Positions 38,458 to 47,848 of a DNA stretch of 64,000 nucleotides are shown piece after piece. Source of the DNA: Limisphaerales bacterium (GTDB lineage: Bacteria > Verrucomicrobiota > Verrucomicrobiia > Limisphaerales > JAEYXS01); NCBI GenBank assembly GCA_965283725.1, contig CBDIPT010000001.1, positions 719,730 through 783,729 of the forward strand, read 5' to 3'. Made by a program: the position numbers and the translations under genes. Within the stretch, counting starts at the first letter, position 1, and every line of letters begins with the position of its first letter. Under the pieces are notes generated by a model, which was not told where the DNA came from, made no database searches, and saw only the letters and a program-made list of their open reading frames with translations.

Positions 38458-39231
38458 ATGAATACCGGGATAGCAGGGGATTTCTTAGGATTGCTGGCTC
38501 AGAACAATCTGCGACCGCTCTCTGCGGAGGCATCATCGCGAGCGCCGGAGCAGACGCATGCCACGACCGTTTTCGCCTTTCGTTTTCGTGATGGCGTTTT
38601 GGTGGCAGGTGATCGCCGCGCGACGGCCGGCAATGTCATCGTGGCCGATGATGTGACCAAGATCATCGAGATTGATCGTTCTTCCGTGCTGGCCATCGCG
38701 GGCGTTCCAGCCATGGCCTTTGAGATGGCCCGGACAATGCAGGTTTCCTTTGCCTACTATCGCCGCAGCCAGCTTCAGCCCTTGAGTCTCGAAGCGAAGG
38801 TGCGGGCTTTGGCGCGCTTGCTGCGCGAGAATCTGCCGCTGACCTTGCAAGGTGTTGGCGTCGTCGCCCCGCTGTTTGCCACCGTGGAAACGTTGGGAGA
38901 CAAGGTGCTCCCGCGCATTTATTTTTACGATCCACTGGGCGCGCAATTTGAAGCCGTGAACTTCGCGGCGTCTGGTTCCGGCTCTGGCACCGTTCGCAGC
39001 GTGCTCAGCTTTCAAGAGCGTTTCGGTGAAGTGAAACCCTCGGCGATGACGCTCAACCAAGCCGTGCGGTTTGCGCATAATGTTTTGATGGTGGCCTCGG
39101 AATTTGATGCGGCCACGGGCGGACTTGATCCTTTGCGCACGGTGTGGCCGGTCATCAAAGTGCTCGATGATAAAGGTGTTCGTGACTTGCAAACAGCGGA
39201 ACATCTCACCGCGCAGAAGGAGGGGGCATGA
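38458..39231 (+). CDS. prcB: Proteasome beta subunit with propeptide
   Basis: ...QTHA/TTVFAFRFRDGVLVAGDRRAT shows Thr1 after the propeptide, the G-D-x-R-A-T block, and IAGVPAMAFEMAR. Confidence 0.85.
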   Translation: MNTGIAGDFLGLLAQNNLRPLSAEASSRAPEQTHATTVFAFRFRDGVLVAGDRRATAGNVIVADDVTKIIEIDRSSVLAIAGVPAMAFEMARTMQVSFAYYRRSQLQPLSLEAKVRALARLLRENLPLTLQGVGVVAPLFATVETLGDKVLPRIYFYDPLGAQFEAVNFAASGSGSGTVRSVLSFQERFGEVKPSAMTLNQAVRFAHNVLMVASEFDAATGGLDPLRTVWPVIKVLDDKGVRDLQTAEHLTAQKEGA

Positions 39232-39965
39232 CCGAGGAACCATTTCGCTGGTTGGAGGCGATCGCGAATCGCCGGGATTACGTGCAGCAACAGATCGCGA
39301 CGGGCTCGCCGGTCTTCGCGGTGAGCTTGGAGGTGGGCATCTTGTTGCTCGGCGTGGGCAGTGGGCAATCGAAAGTGTTCGAGATATTTGACCGGCAGGC
39401 GATGGCGGCATTGGGGCATCCGGCGGATATCGAGCGTGTCCGCCAAATCCTCATTGATGCCGCGCATCTGGAAGCGTTCACGCGGGCGGCGGCGGATGTG
39501 AATGTGCGGCGCTTGGTGAGCTTTGGCCTGAGTCCGCAGCTCAAGCAAAGCTTCGAGCAAATCTTTCAGGCCCCCTTCATGATTGATTTGCTGCTGGCGG
39601 AAGTCGCGGAACGTCCGGCTTTGGATGTACTGGTGAAGGTAAATTTTGATGGCGGTTTCCAGATCCAGCATGGTGGTGTGATGGTGGCGGCGGCCAAACC
39701 GGAGCAGGTCGCGACGACGGCTGAATGGTTGAAGAAGAACATCGATGCCAAGCTGCCACCGTCTAAAGCGGCGTTGATCTTGCTGGTGGCTTGGGATGCC
39801 CTGGTGCGCAATCAAGCATTGCCGGAGACGCTGGATTTATCCGGCGGTCTGCCGCCTGCCTGCTTGGAACAGCTTAATGGCAAAATGGTGGAGGCGGCTT
39901 TGCTCGAACGGCAAGGCAGCAGCGCGGCGCGCTACACACCCTTGATTCCCTTGTTAACCGGTTAA
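39228..39965 (+). CDS. prcA: Proteasome alpha subunit
   Basis: It has an ATGA overlap with prcB. The Ntn-fold pattern lacks an N-terminal Thr (GSPVFAVSLEVGILLLGV...FEIFDRQAMAALG). Size and position are as for bacterial PrcA. Confidence 0.8.
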   Translation: MTEEPFRWLEAIANRRDYVQQQIATGSPVFAVSLEVGILLLGVGSGQSKVFEIFDRQAMAALGHPADIERVRQILIDAAHLEAFTRAAADVNVRRLVSFGLSPQLKQSFEQIFQAPFMIDLLLAEVAERPALDVLVKVNFDGGFQIQHGGVMVAAAKPEQVATTAEWLKKNIDAKLPPSKAALILLVAWDALVRNQALPETLDLSGGLPPACLEQLNGKMVEAALLERQGSSAARYTPLIPLLTG

Positions 39966-39969
39966 TGTT

Positions 39970-41388
39970 ATGAACCGCATCGTCGGCCTGGAGACCGAGT
40001 ATGGTTGCCTGATCAACGAGACAGGTGCGCCGCCGGGATTGATTGGCCGGGTGCGTAACTGGTTGTTCGAGGCGAATCGATTCGGCCTGCCCGATCTGCA
40101 CCAACGTGATTGGGACGAGCCGGCGGGCAATGGGGGATTTCTCTTCAATGGCGGTCGCGCGTATGTGGACATGGGCCATCTGGAATACTGCACGCCTGAA
40201 TGCCTCACCGTGCGGGATGTCATCAAGTATGATCGCGCCGGGGATGCGATGCTCAATCTGGCCTTGCAGCAGTTGGATTTCACGGAGGTCGCCGGCTTCG
40301 TGCGAAACAACGTGGACCACTATTCCGGTGCGACGTTTGGTTGCCATGAGAATTACCTCGTCCGGCGGCAAGCGCCGTTGACCGAAAAGAATGTCCTGTC
40401 TTTGCTCACGTTTTTGACGGTGAGGTTATTGATGGTCGGTGCGGGCAAGGTGGGCGCCTCACCAGGCGTGGAGCAGGGGAACGCGCCGTTCCCTACAGGC
40501 AAAGTGCCCAAGTTTCAGATCAGCCAGCGGGCGGATTACATCAACAACGATCTCTTTGAATGGGTGCAATTCAATCGCGCTATCATCAATACCCGCGATG
40601 AACCGTTGGCGGATGGCCGGAAGTATCGTCGTTTGCATCTCCTGCATGGCGATACCTCGGTCCTGCCTTCAACGCTGGCCTTGAAGGTGGGCACCGCCGC
40701 GCTCGTGCTCGACTTGTTAGAGATCGATCATTTGCCAGAGATTGCCTTGGCGGATGCGGTGATGACTTTTCACACTTTGTCACATGACATCGACGGACCT
40801 TGGCTGGTGCAGTTGAGTGACGGACGGCAAATGGATGCCTTGGAGTTGCTCGACCTTTACCGGCGGAAGGCACAGAGCGAGTTCGGCGGGCGCGATGCCG
40901 AGACAGACGATGTGCTAAGACTTTGGCAGGGAACCATCGAGCGGCTGTGCAAAAAACGGGAAGAGCTGGTAGGGGTGGTGGACTGGGTGACCAAACGGTG
41001 GTTGTTTGAACAATTTATTGCCGAGCAAGGTCTGGACTGGGGTGATCCTTGGCTGAAGTCCCTGGATCTGGAATTCCATCATATCGCCCCGGGACGTGGA
41101 TTGGGGCTATCGTTGGACAAGGCGGACCTCGGGTGGTCCCCTGCGGGTGAGAGTATTTTGCAAGCCATGCAACAAGCGCCGGATAATACCCGGGCAGGAT
41201 TGCGTTCCCGCCTGATGCACGAGTTGAATCACCGGGCGTTGCGGTATTACGTCGATTGGGAAGTGATCGATGCCGCCGGGACGAAGACCTTGGAGCTCTC
41301 CAACCCCTTTCAGGTGGAATCGCCGGAAGCGACGGCTTGGTTGAAGGCGTTAGATGAGGCTCCCCCAGTGACACCTGAGCCTGAATAG
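39970..41388 (+). CDS. pafA: Pup-protein ligase PafA-like
   Basis: VGLETEYG, GGRAYVDMGHLEYCTPEC, GCHENYLV and INTRDEPLAD form the same fold family as the dop-like gene. It lacks the long insertion seen after the first beta-hairpin of the dop-like paralog. Confidence 0.8.
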   Translation: MNRIVGLETEYGCLINETGAPPGLIGRVRNWLFEANRFGLPDLHQRDWDEPAGNGGFLFNGGRAYVDMGHLEYCTPECLTVRDVIKYDRAGDAMLNLALQQLDFTEVAGFVRNNVDHYSGATFGCHENYLVRRQAPLTEKNVLSLLTFLTVRLLMVGAGKVGASPGVEQGNAPFPTGKVPKFQISQRADYINNDLFEWVQFNRAIINTRDEPLADGRKYRRLHLLHGDTSVLPSTLALKVGTAALVLDLLEIDHLPEIALADAVMTFHTLSHDIDGPWLVQLSDGRQMDALELLDLYRRKAQSEFGGRDAETDDVLRLWQGTIERLCKKREELVGVVDWVTKRWLFEQFIAEQGLDWGDPWLKSLDLEFHHIAPGRGLGLSLDKADLGWSPAGESILQAMQQAPDNTRAGLRSRLMHELNHRALRYYVDWEVIDAAGTKTLELSNPFQVESPEATAWLKALDEAPPVTPEPE

Positions 41389-41626
41389 GAATCAATATGC
41401 GAAACTGATACCTGAGCGACATAGTCGGTGCGGGCAGTCTGGGTAGTAACTTTAAGATTCTGCAAAACCACTACTTACCAAATGGTAAGTTGACTTGGGA
41501 GTGCGGCTAGGGCACTTTATCCCCCTATTTGAGTGGAATCCGTGGGGAATTGACGCTTGACGGTACCTTTAACGATTTTTACCTTATACAAAACGATTTA
41601 TTGCTGGGTCGGCCAGCAGCGAGCGT

Positions 41627-41657
41627 AAGTCGGAGATAAATTCTGCCGACTTTTTTA
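41627..41657 (+). terminator. Terminator/attenuator-like hairpin in the nusA leader
   Basis: AAGTCGG-agataaattctg-CCGACTT is followed by TTTTATT, about 35 nt upstream of the nusA ATG. A second hairpin, TGCTGG-gtcgg-CCAGCA, lies just upstream. Confidence 0.4.
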
Positions 41658-41690
41658 TTCCCCAAATGGGGAGAACAGTGACAGCAACCT

Positions 41691-42959
41691 ATGAACGCTG
41701 AGTTTTTAGCCAGTCTGGAGTTTTGGGAAAAAGAGAAGGGGATCAGCAAGCAAACTCTGGTAACGGCGGTTGAAGAAGCGTTGGTGTCTGCGGCCAAGAA
41801 AGCCGTGGGACCAGCGCGCGAGTTGCGTTGTAGCATCAATCCGAAAACCGGTGATATCCAAGCGTTTGCACGCTTGATCGTCTCCGAGAAGGTGATTTCG
41901 CGTCACGATCAGATTTCCCTCATCGACGCCCGCCGGATCAAAGCCGATGCCGTCATCGGTGAAGAGTTGGACGTGGAAGTGACCCCGACCGGCTTCGGCC
42001 GCATCGCCGCGCAGTATGCCAAACAGGCTCTGTTGCAGCAGGTTCGTCGTGCTGAAAAGGATTTGATCTACGCTGAGTTCAAGGATGGTACGGGCGATAT
42101 CGTCAGTGGCGTCGTCCGCCGCTTTGAGCGCTCGGATGTCATCGTGGACTTGGGGCGTTACGAAGCTTTGATGCCGAACCGGGAACGTGTGCCGATCGAG
42201 GAATATCAGGTCGGCGAACGTATCCGTTGCTTCGTCAAGGCGGTGGATCATACGAACCATGGGCCGGAAATCATCCTGTCCCGGGCTGACCCACAATTTG
42301 TGGTGAAGCTGTTCCAACTGGAAGTTTCCGAGATCAGCGATGGCACGGTGGAAGTGAAGTCCGTGGCCCGTGAACCCGGTTTCCGCACGAAGCTGGCGGT
42401 CTATTCCCGTGATTCCAAGGTGGATCCGGTCGGCGCTTGCGTCGGTCTGCGCGGTCAACGCGTGAAGAATATCGTCCGCGAACTCAACAATGAGAAGGTG
42501 GACATCATCAAGTGGGATGCGAACATCCGCACGTTCATCGCGAACGCGCTGGCCCCGGCCCAATTGAAGAATTTTGAAGTGGACGAGCAAAACCGCCGCG
42601 TGCGGATTCTCGTCAGTGAAGACCAGTTGTCTTTGGCGATCGGCAAGCGTGGTCAAAACGCGCGCCTGACCTCAAAGCTTACTGGTTGGCACGTGGACAT
42701 CCAGCAGGAGCAGGTGACGACGGTTGGCTTTGAGCAGAAGGTGGCTCTGGCGGTGAAGGAAGTGGCGGCCATTCCGGGTATCACGGCAGCCGACGCCGAC
42801 GTGCTGGTGCACCACGGTATGCTGGGTTTGGAAGCTTTGCTGCAAATCGAACTGGCTGATTTTCAGGAGATCCCTGAATTGGCCGGCCGTGCGCAGGTGA
42901 TTTATGACGCGGTTCAGGCCGAGTCGCTACGCCGCCGTCTCCTCGGAGACAGCAAATAG
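41691..42959 (+). CDS. nusA: Transcription termination/antitermination factor NusA
   Basis: It has an N-terminal RNAP-binding domain, an S1 domain (GDIVSGVVRRFERSDVIVDLG) and KH domains (VGACVGLRGQRVKNIVREL and AIGKRGQNARLTSKLTGW). Confidence 0.95.
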   Translation: MNAEFLASLEFWEKEKGISKQTLVTAVEEALVSAAKKAVGPARELRCSINPKTGDIQAFARLIVSEKVISRHDQISLIDARRIKADAVIGEELDVEVTPTGFGRIAAQYAKQALLQQVRRAEKDLIYAEFKDGTGDIVSGVVRRFERSDVIVDLGRYEALMPNRERVPIEEYQVGERIRCFVKAVDHTNHGPEIILSRADPQFVVKLFQLEVSEISDGTVEVKSVAREPGFRTKLAVYSRDSKVDPVGACVGLRGQRVKNIVRELNNEKVDIIKWDANIRTFIANALAPAQLKNFEVDEQNRRVRILVSEDQLSLAIGKRGQNARLTSKLTGWHVDIQQEQVTTVGFEQKVALAVKEVAAIPGITAADADVLVHHGMLGLEALLQIELADFQEIPELAGRAQVIYDAVQAESLRRRLLGDSK

Positions 42960-43048
42960 GGTAAACGCGCTTAAGGCTGTTCAATTTGAACTGCTGCGGG
43001 ACCCATGGAGACGACGCGGAAAAGAGCGGAGATTAGAGAAAAATTAAT

Positions 43049-45769
43049 ATGCCGGTTCGTATTTACGACATTGCAAAGAAGCTGGGAATTGAAAGCAAGG
43101 ACGTCCTTGCCAAGGCAAAAGAACTCGGCATAAACGAGGCGCGGGTCGCGTCTAGTTCCCTCGACAAGATCACCGCGGAATATCTGGAGTCGCAGTTCAG
43201 CGGCGCGACAGCGCCTGACAGTGCGCCAGCGCCGGCTGCGGAAGCCGCGCCGATCAAGATCATTTCGGCACCACCACCTGAGCCAGAGCCGGAGCCGACC
43301 GCGCCAGAGCCGGTGGCCGAGGAGCAGGCACCCGCCGAAGAAGTTTACGAAGCGCCCGCCGCCGAACCCGCTGATGCACCCGTGGAAGCCCGTGCCGATG
43401 CAGAGCCCACCGCCGAGGTGGACGATGCGCCTGCGGCGCAAGCCCCGGTTGCTGAAGCTGCCTCTGCGCCAGCCACGCAACCAGAAACCGCCAAGACCCC
43501 GGAAGCTCCGAAACCGGAAACCGCCAAGCCGGCGGATGCCGCGCCCAAGCTCGGTGAGAAGATCGGTTTTATCCAGTTGCCCAAGAAACCCACGCCTCCC
43601 GGCGCGCCAAAAGTTGGCGACAAGGTGGGTTCCGTGCAATTGCCTCCGCGTCCCGGCAGCAATCAGCCGCAACGCCCCGGTGGTCCGCAACAGAACCGCC
43701 CCGGTCAGCAACAGCCGCAACAACGCCCCGGTGGTCCGCAACAATTTCAGCAGCGTCCCGGTGGACCGCAGCAGAACCGTCCTGGTCAAGGCCAAGGTCC
43801 CGGCCAAGGCCGTCCCGATTCCCGTTTTGGCAATCGTCCCGGTGGTGGCGGATATCAGCAACAGCAACCTTTCGGTCGTGGTCCGGCCGGTCAAGGTGGT
43901 CCGCAGCAGCAACGTCCCGGTCAGCCGCAGACGGGCAACCGCCCCGGTGCGAACAAGTCCGATCTCCCGAGCGATGCTCCGGTGATCACCATGAAGCCGC
44001 CCATCGTGGTGCGCGATCTGGCCGAACAATTGAAACGCAAGCCGTTCCAGTTGATCGCCGACCTCATGGAATTGGGCGTGTTTGCGAACGTCAATCAGGC
44101 GGTCGAAGAAGACATCGCCAAGCGTCTCTGCGCCAAGCACGGCGTCAAGTTCGAGCTGGAGAAGCGCGAACGTGGCGGCGGGGTGGTGCACGCGCCGGTC
44201 AAGAAGATCGAGATCGATGCCGACGACAAGCCGGAACAGCTCAAGCCGCGTCCGCCAGTGGTCACCATCATGGGGCACGTTGACCATGGCAAGACGACGT
44301 TGCTCGACAGCATCCGCAAGGCGAACGTGGTCTCCGGTGAAGCCGGTGGCATCACGCAGCACATCGGTGCTTACACGATCGCTTTCCCGCATCCGGAGCG
44401 CAAGGGCGAGATCCAGCAGATCACGTTCCTCGACACTCCTGGTCACGCAGCGTTCAGCGCTATGCGTGCCCGTGGGGCGAACGTCACGGATATCGTGGTG
44501 CTCGTGGTGGCGGCGAATGACGGCGTGATGCCGCAGACGTTGGAAGCCCTCAGCCACGCGCAAGCGGCCAACGTGAAGATCATCGTGGCCGTCAACAAGT
44601 GCGATCATCCGAACGCGAACCCGATGAAGGTCCGCCAGCAGTTGCAGGAAAAAGGCCTGGTGCCGGATGATTGGGGTGGTGAAACGATTTATGTCGATTG
44701 CTCCGGTCTCACGAAGCTCGGTGTGGACAAGCTGTTGGAGATGATCCTCCTGCAGGCGGACTTGCTCGAACTCAAGGCGAACCCGGACCGCAAGGCCAAG
44801 GGCAACGTCATCGAGTCCGGTCTCCAGCCTGGCGGTCCGACCGCTACGGTGCTGGTGCGCAAGGGCACGCTCAAGGTGGGCGATGTCATCCTCTGCGGTG
44901 AGCACTACGGCAAGGTACGTGCGCTCATCAACGAAGAAGACAAGCGCATGAAGGAAGCCGGTCCGTCCCACGCCGTGAAGGTCTTGGGTCTGAACGGTGT
45001 GCCGGAAGCCGGTGCTGAATTCATCGTGGTGGACAACGAAAAAGCCGCCCGCGAAGAAGCGGAGAAACGCGAACTCGAAGCCCGCGCCGAAGCCTCGCAA
45101 GAGAGCCGTGCCAAGGTCACGCTCGAGACGCTGTTCAGCACGCTGGCCGAAAGCTCGGCCAAGGTGCTCAAGATCGTGGTCAAGGCGGATACCCAAGGCT
45201 CGATCGAAGCCATTGTGGATGCCTTGAACAAGATCGAGTCCGACAAGGTCTCGCTCGAAGTCATCCATTACGCGGTGGGCACCATCACGGAATCCGATGT
45301 CTTGCTGGCCTCGGCTTCCAAGGCCATCGTCCTCGGCTTCCATACCCGCATTGATAACGGCGTGTCTGATGTCGCCAAGCGGGAAGGAGTCCAGATCAAG
45401 CTTTACTCGATCATCTATGAGTTGATCGACCAAGTGAAGGACGCGATGTCCGGCCTGCTCGACCCTCTGATCAAAGATGTGGTCGTGGGCTCGGCCGAAG
45501 TGCGCCAGCTCTTCGAATTGTCCAAGGGCGGTTGCGTGGCCGGTTGTGCCGTCACTTCCGGGCGTATCGTCAAGGGCAAGGTCCGGGTCATGCGCCGCAA
45601 GAGCCTCGTGTTCGAAGGCGGTACCACCTCGCTTCGCCGCTTCCAGGACGAAGTCAACGAAGTGCGCTCCGGCATGGAATGCGGTATCCGTCTGGACGGG
45701 TTCAACGAATTCCAGATCGGTGACGTCATCGAATGCTTCTCGCAAGAGAAAGTGGCGCAGAAGCTCTAA
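43049..45769 (+). CDS. infB: Translation initiation factor IF-2
   Basis: The G-domain motifs are [21 protein letters not shown] and NKCD. It has the C-terminal IF-2 domains and a long, low-complexity P/Q/G-rich N-terminus. Confidence 0.95.
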   Translation: MPVRIYDIAKKLGIESKDVLAKAKELGINEARVASSSLDKITAEYLESQFSGATAPDSAPAPAAEAAPIKIISAPPPEPEPEPTAPEPVAEEQAPAEEVYEAPAAEPADAPVEARADAEPTAEVDDAPAAQAPVAEAASAPATQPETAKTPEAPKPETAKPADAAPKLGEKIGFIQLPKKPTPPGAPKVGDKVGSVQLPPRPGSNQPQRPGGPQQNRPGQQQPQQRPGGPQQFQQRPGGPQQNRPGQGQGPGQGRPDSRFGNRPGGGGYQQQQPFGRGPAGQGGPQQQRPGQPQTGNRPGANKSDLPSDAPVITMKPPIVVRDLAEQLKRKPFQLIADLMELGVFANVNQAVEEDIAKRLCAKHGVKFELEKRERGGGVVHAPVKKIEIDADDKPEQLKPRPPVVTIMGHVDHGKTTLLDSIRKANVVSGEAGGITQHIGAYTIAFPHPERKGEIQQITFLDTPGHAAFSAMRARGANVTDIVVLVVAANDGVMPQTLEALSHAQAANVKIIVAVNKCDHPNANPMKVRQQLQEKGLVPDDWGGETIYVDCSGLTKLGVDKLLEMILLQADLLELKANPDRKAKGNVIESGLQPGGPTATVLVRKGTLKVGDVILCGEHYGKVRALINEEDKRMKEAGPSHAVKVLGLNGVPEAGAEFIVVDNEKAAREEAEKRELEARAEASQESRAKVTLETLFSTLAESSAKVLKIVVKADTQGSIEAIVDALNKIESDKVSLEVIHYAVGTITESDVLLASASKAIVLGFHTRIDNGVSDVAKREGVQIKLYSIIYELIDQVKDAMSGLLDPLIKDVVVGSAEVRQLFELSKGGCVAGCAVTSGRIVKGKVRVMRRKSLVFEGGTTSLRRFQDEVNEVRSGMECGIRLDGFNEFQIGDVIECFSQEKVAQKL

Positions 45770-45789
45770 CCGGTCTAAATTAAGCAGTC

Positions 45790-46146
45790 ATGCCATCCGT
45801 CAGGGCAGAGCGAGTCCGCGAGCTTATCAAGCGCGCATTGGGTGAGATCATTCGCCGGGAAATCCCGGTGAATGAATACGGGGTCATTTCGGTGAATGAT
45901 GTCCACGTGTCGGGCGACTTCCAGTCGGCCACCGTCTTCCTCAGCATCATCGGCTCCAAAGCTCAAAAAAAATCGGGCGAAGAAAAACTGCAAACGGACC
46001 GCAAACACATCCAGGGCCTTTTGGGCAAGGAAGTGGTGCTGCGCTATACGCCGGTGCTGCGTTTTGTCGTCGATGACTCCATTGAGCGCGGTGACCGTGT
46101 GCTCCAGATCATCCAAGACTTGGAGAAGACCGATCCCGCTTCATGA
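45790..46146 (+). CDS. rbfA: Ribosome-binding factor A
   Basis: RVRELIKRALGEIIRRE...VSGDFQSATVF...RYTPVLRFVVDDS matches RbfA. Confidence 0.9.
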   Translation: MPSVRAERVRELIKRALGEIIRREIPVNEYGVISVNDVHVSGDFQSATVFLSIIGSKAQKKSGEEKLQTDRKHIQGLLGKEVVLRYTPVLRFVVDDSIERGDRVLQIIQDLEKTDPAS

Positions 46147-47129
46147 AAGCCGTCCCGAAAATCGTTCAGCGCATCATCGATACGGTGCGCGAGTGCCAGA
46201 CTATTTGTGTAGTGGGGCACATCCGGCCAGATGGGGACTGTATCGGTTCCCAGCTGGGTTTGACCTTGGCCCTGCGCAATGCGGGCAAGGATGCCGTCTG
46301 CTGGAATCAAGATCCCGTTCCCGCCAAGCTCGCTTTCATGGACCCGGACAAAGTCGTCACGACGCCTAAGGCGAACAAGCGTTTCGATTGCGTCATCGCC
46401 ACGGATGCGGCGAGTTTTGAGCGGATCGGCACGGTCACCGAGTTCATCAAGGATCGGGGCGTGTTCATCAATATCGATCACCACGGCAGCAATACGAAAT
46501 ACGGAGATATCAACTGGATCTCACCCGAACAGCCATCCTCGGGTGAGTTGATTTTTCAGTTGTTGCAAGCCGCTGATTGGCCCATCACCCCGGCCATCGC
46601 CAACTGTCTTTTCACTGCGGTGAGCACGGACACGGGCTCCTTCCAGTATCCATCCACCCGGCCCAGCACGTATCATACGGCGGCGGAGTTGGTGGAGTGC
46701 GGGGCGGATCTGGGCAAGATTTGCCACGAGGTTTATCAATCTTATCCGCTCTCTCGCGTGCGGCTGTTGCGGCACGTTTACAACTCGTTCCGCCTGACGC
46801 ATAACGACGAGATCGCCTATTTCTGGCTCAAGCCCGCAGACTTTGCGCGCACCGGCGCAACCACGATGGATAGTGAAGGTTTGATCGATCACGTCCGTGA
46901 CATCGAGCCTGTTATCGTCGCTTGTGTCTTTGAAGAATTGGAACCGGAAGTCACCCGCATCAGCCTGCGCTCCAAAACGGAGCAGGTGAATGTGAGTGCC
47001 ATTGCCCAACAGTTCGGTGGGGGTGGGCATCCGGCGGCCGCAGGAGCGCGCATCAAAGGCCGCCCGCTTTCGGTGCAGCGGAAGGTCTTGCAGGCCGTGC
47101 GCAAAGCTTTGGACGCAGTCAAATCATGA
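46143..47129 (+). CDS. nrnA: DHH/DHHA1 family phosphoesterase (NrnA-like oligoribonuclease/pAp phosphatase)
   Basis: It has GHIRPDGDCIGS, NIDHH, DTGSF and GGGHPAAAG motifs. It has an ATGA overlap with rbfA. Confidence 0.8.
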   Translation: MKAVPKIVQRIIDTVRECQTICVVGHIRPDGDCIGSQLGLTLALRNAGKDAVCWNQDPVPAKLAFMDPDKVVTTPKANKRFDCVIATDAASFERIGTVTEFIKDRGVFINIDHHGSNTKYGDINWISPEQPSSGELIFQLLQAADWPITPAIANCLFTAVSTDTGSFQYPSTRPSTYHTAAELVECGADLGKICHEVYQSYPLSRVRLLRHVYNSFRLTHNDEIAYFWLKPADFARTGATTMDSEGLIDHVRDIEPVIVACVFEELEPEVTRISLRSKTEQVNVSAIAQQFGGGGHPAAAGARIKGRPLSVQRKVLQAVRKALDAVKS

Positions 47130-47839
47130 GTTTGTCGAATTTCGATGCGCTGGACGGCGCACTTCTCGTAGATAAGCCCGCTGGCATGACCTCGCACGAT
47201 GTCGTGGACGAGATCCGCCGCTATTTCGGGATCAAGAAGGTCGGGCACTGCGGCACGTTGGACCCCAATGCCACCGGTCTGTTGATCCTTGTCTTGGGCA
47301 AGGCCACCAAACTCTCCGAACGCCTCATGTCGGATGACAAGGTGTATGAAGGGACGGCCAAGTTGGGCGAAACCACGGACAGCTATGACATCGATGGCGA
47401 ACTGGTGAGTTCATTGCCGGTGCCGCCGATGACCTTGGATATCTTGAACCAGGAAGCGGATTCGTTTGTCGGGGATATCCTGCAAACGCCCCCGATGGCC
47501 TCGGCCATCAAGAAGGACGGCGTGCCGTTGTACAAGCTCGCACGCAAGGGCATTGAAGTGGAGCGCAAACCGCGCCTCATCCATATCTACAAGTACACTT
47601 TTACTTCCTACGAAGAGCCGTTGGCGCAATTCCGCGTGGCCTGCACAAAGGGCACTTACGTCCGCAGCCTTGTGCATGATCTCGGCCAGAAGTTGGGCTG
47701 TGGCGCCCACCTGACCGCCTTGCGCCGCACGGTCTCGGGCAAATTCGATGTCGCGGATGCCATGCATCTGGACAAGATTCTCGGCCTCTCGCCGAAAGAA
47801 TTCACCGCTCGCGTGATTCCGTTCCTCAAGCTAAGCTAA
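47126..47839 (+). CDS. truB: tRNA pseudouridine(55) synthase
   Basis: GALLVDKPAGMTSHDVV...GHCGTLDPNATGLL contains the catalytic Asp motif, and QTPPMASAIK is also present. Confidence 0.9.
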   Translation: MSLSNFDALDGALLVDKPAGMTSHDVVDEIRRYFGIKKVGHCGTLDPNATGLLILVLGKATKLSERLMSDDKVYEGTAKLGETTDSYDIDGELVSSLPVPPMTLDILNQEADSFVGDILQTPPMASAIKKDGVPLYKLARKGIEVERKPRLIHIYKYTFTSYEEPLAQFRVACTKGTYVRSLVHDLGQKLGCGAHLTALRRTVSGKFDVADAMHLDKILGLSPKEFTARVIPFLKLS

Positions 47840-47848
47840 ACGCCCGTC

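Noticed and set aside
38533-39815. Minus-strand ORFs of 292 aa and 267 aa over prcB and prcA
   Set aside because: They are antisense shadows of the proteasome subunit genes, with P/R/S-rich translations.
41706-42656. 316-aa minus-strand ORF
   Set aside because: It is antisense to nusA and has no motifs.
42971-45745. 924-aa ORF on the minus strand
   Set aside because: It lies entirely antisense to the unmistakable infB gene. The translation is low-complexity and R/L/G/H-rich with no recognisable motifs. This is a typical shadow ORF of GC-rich coding DNA.
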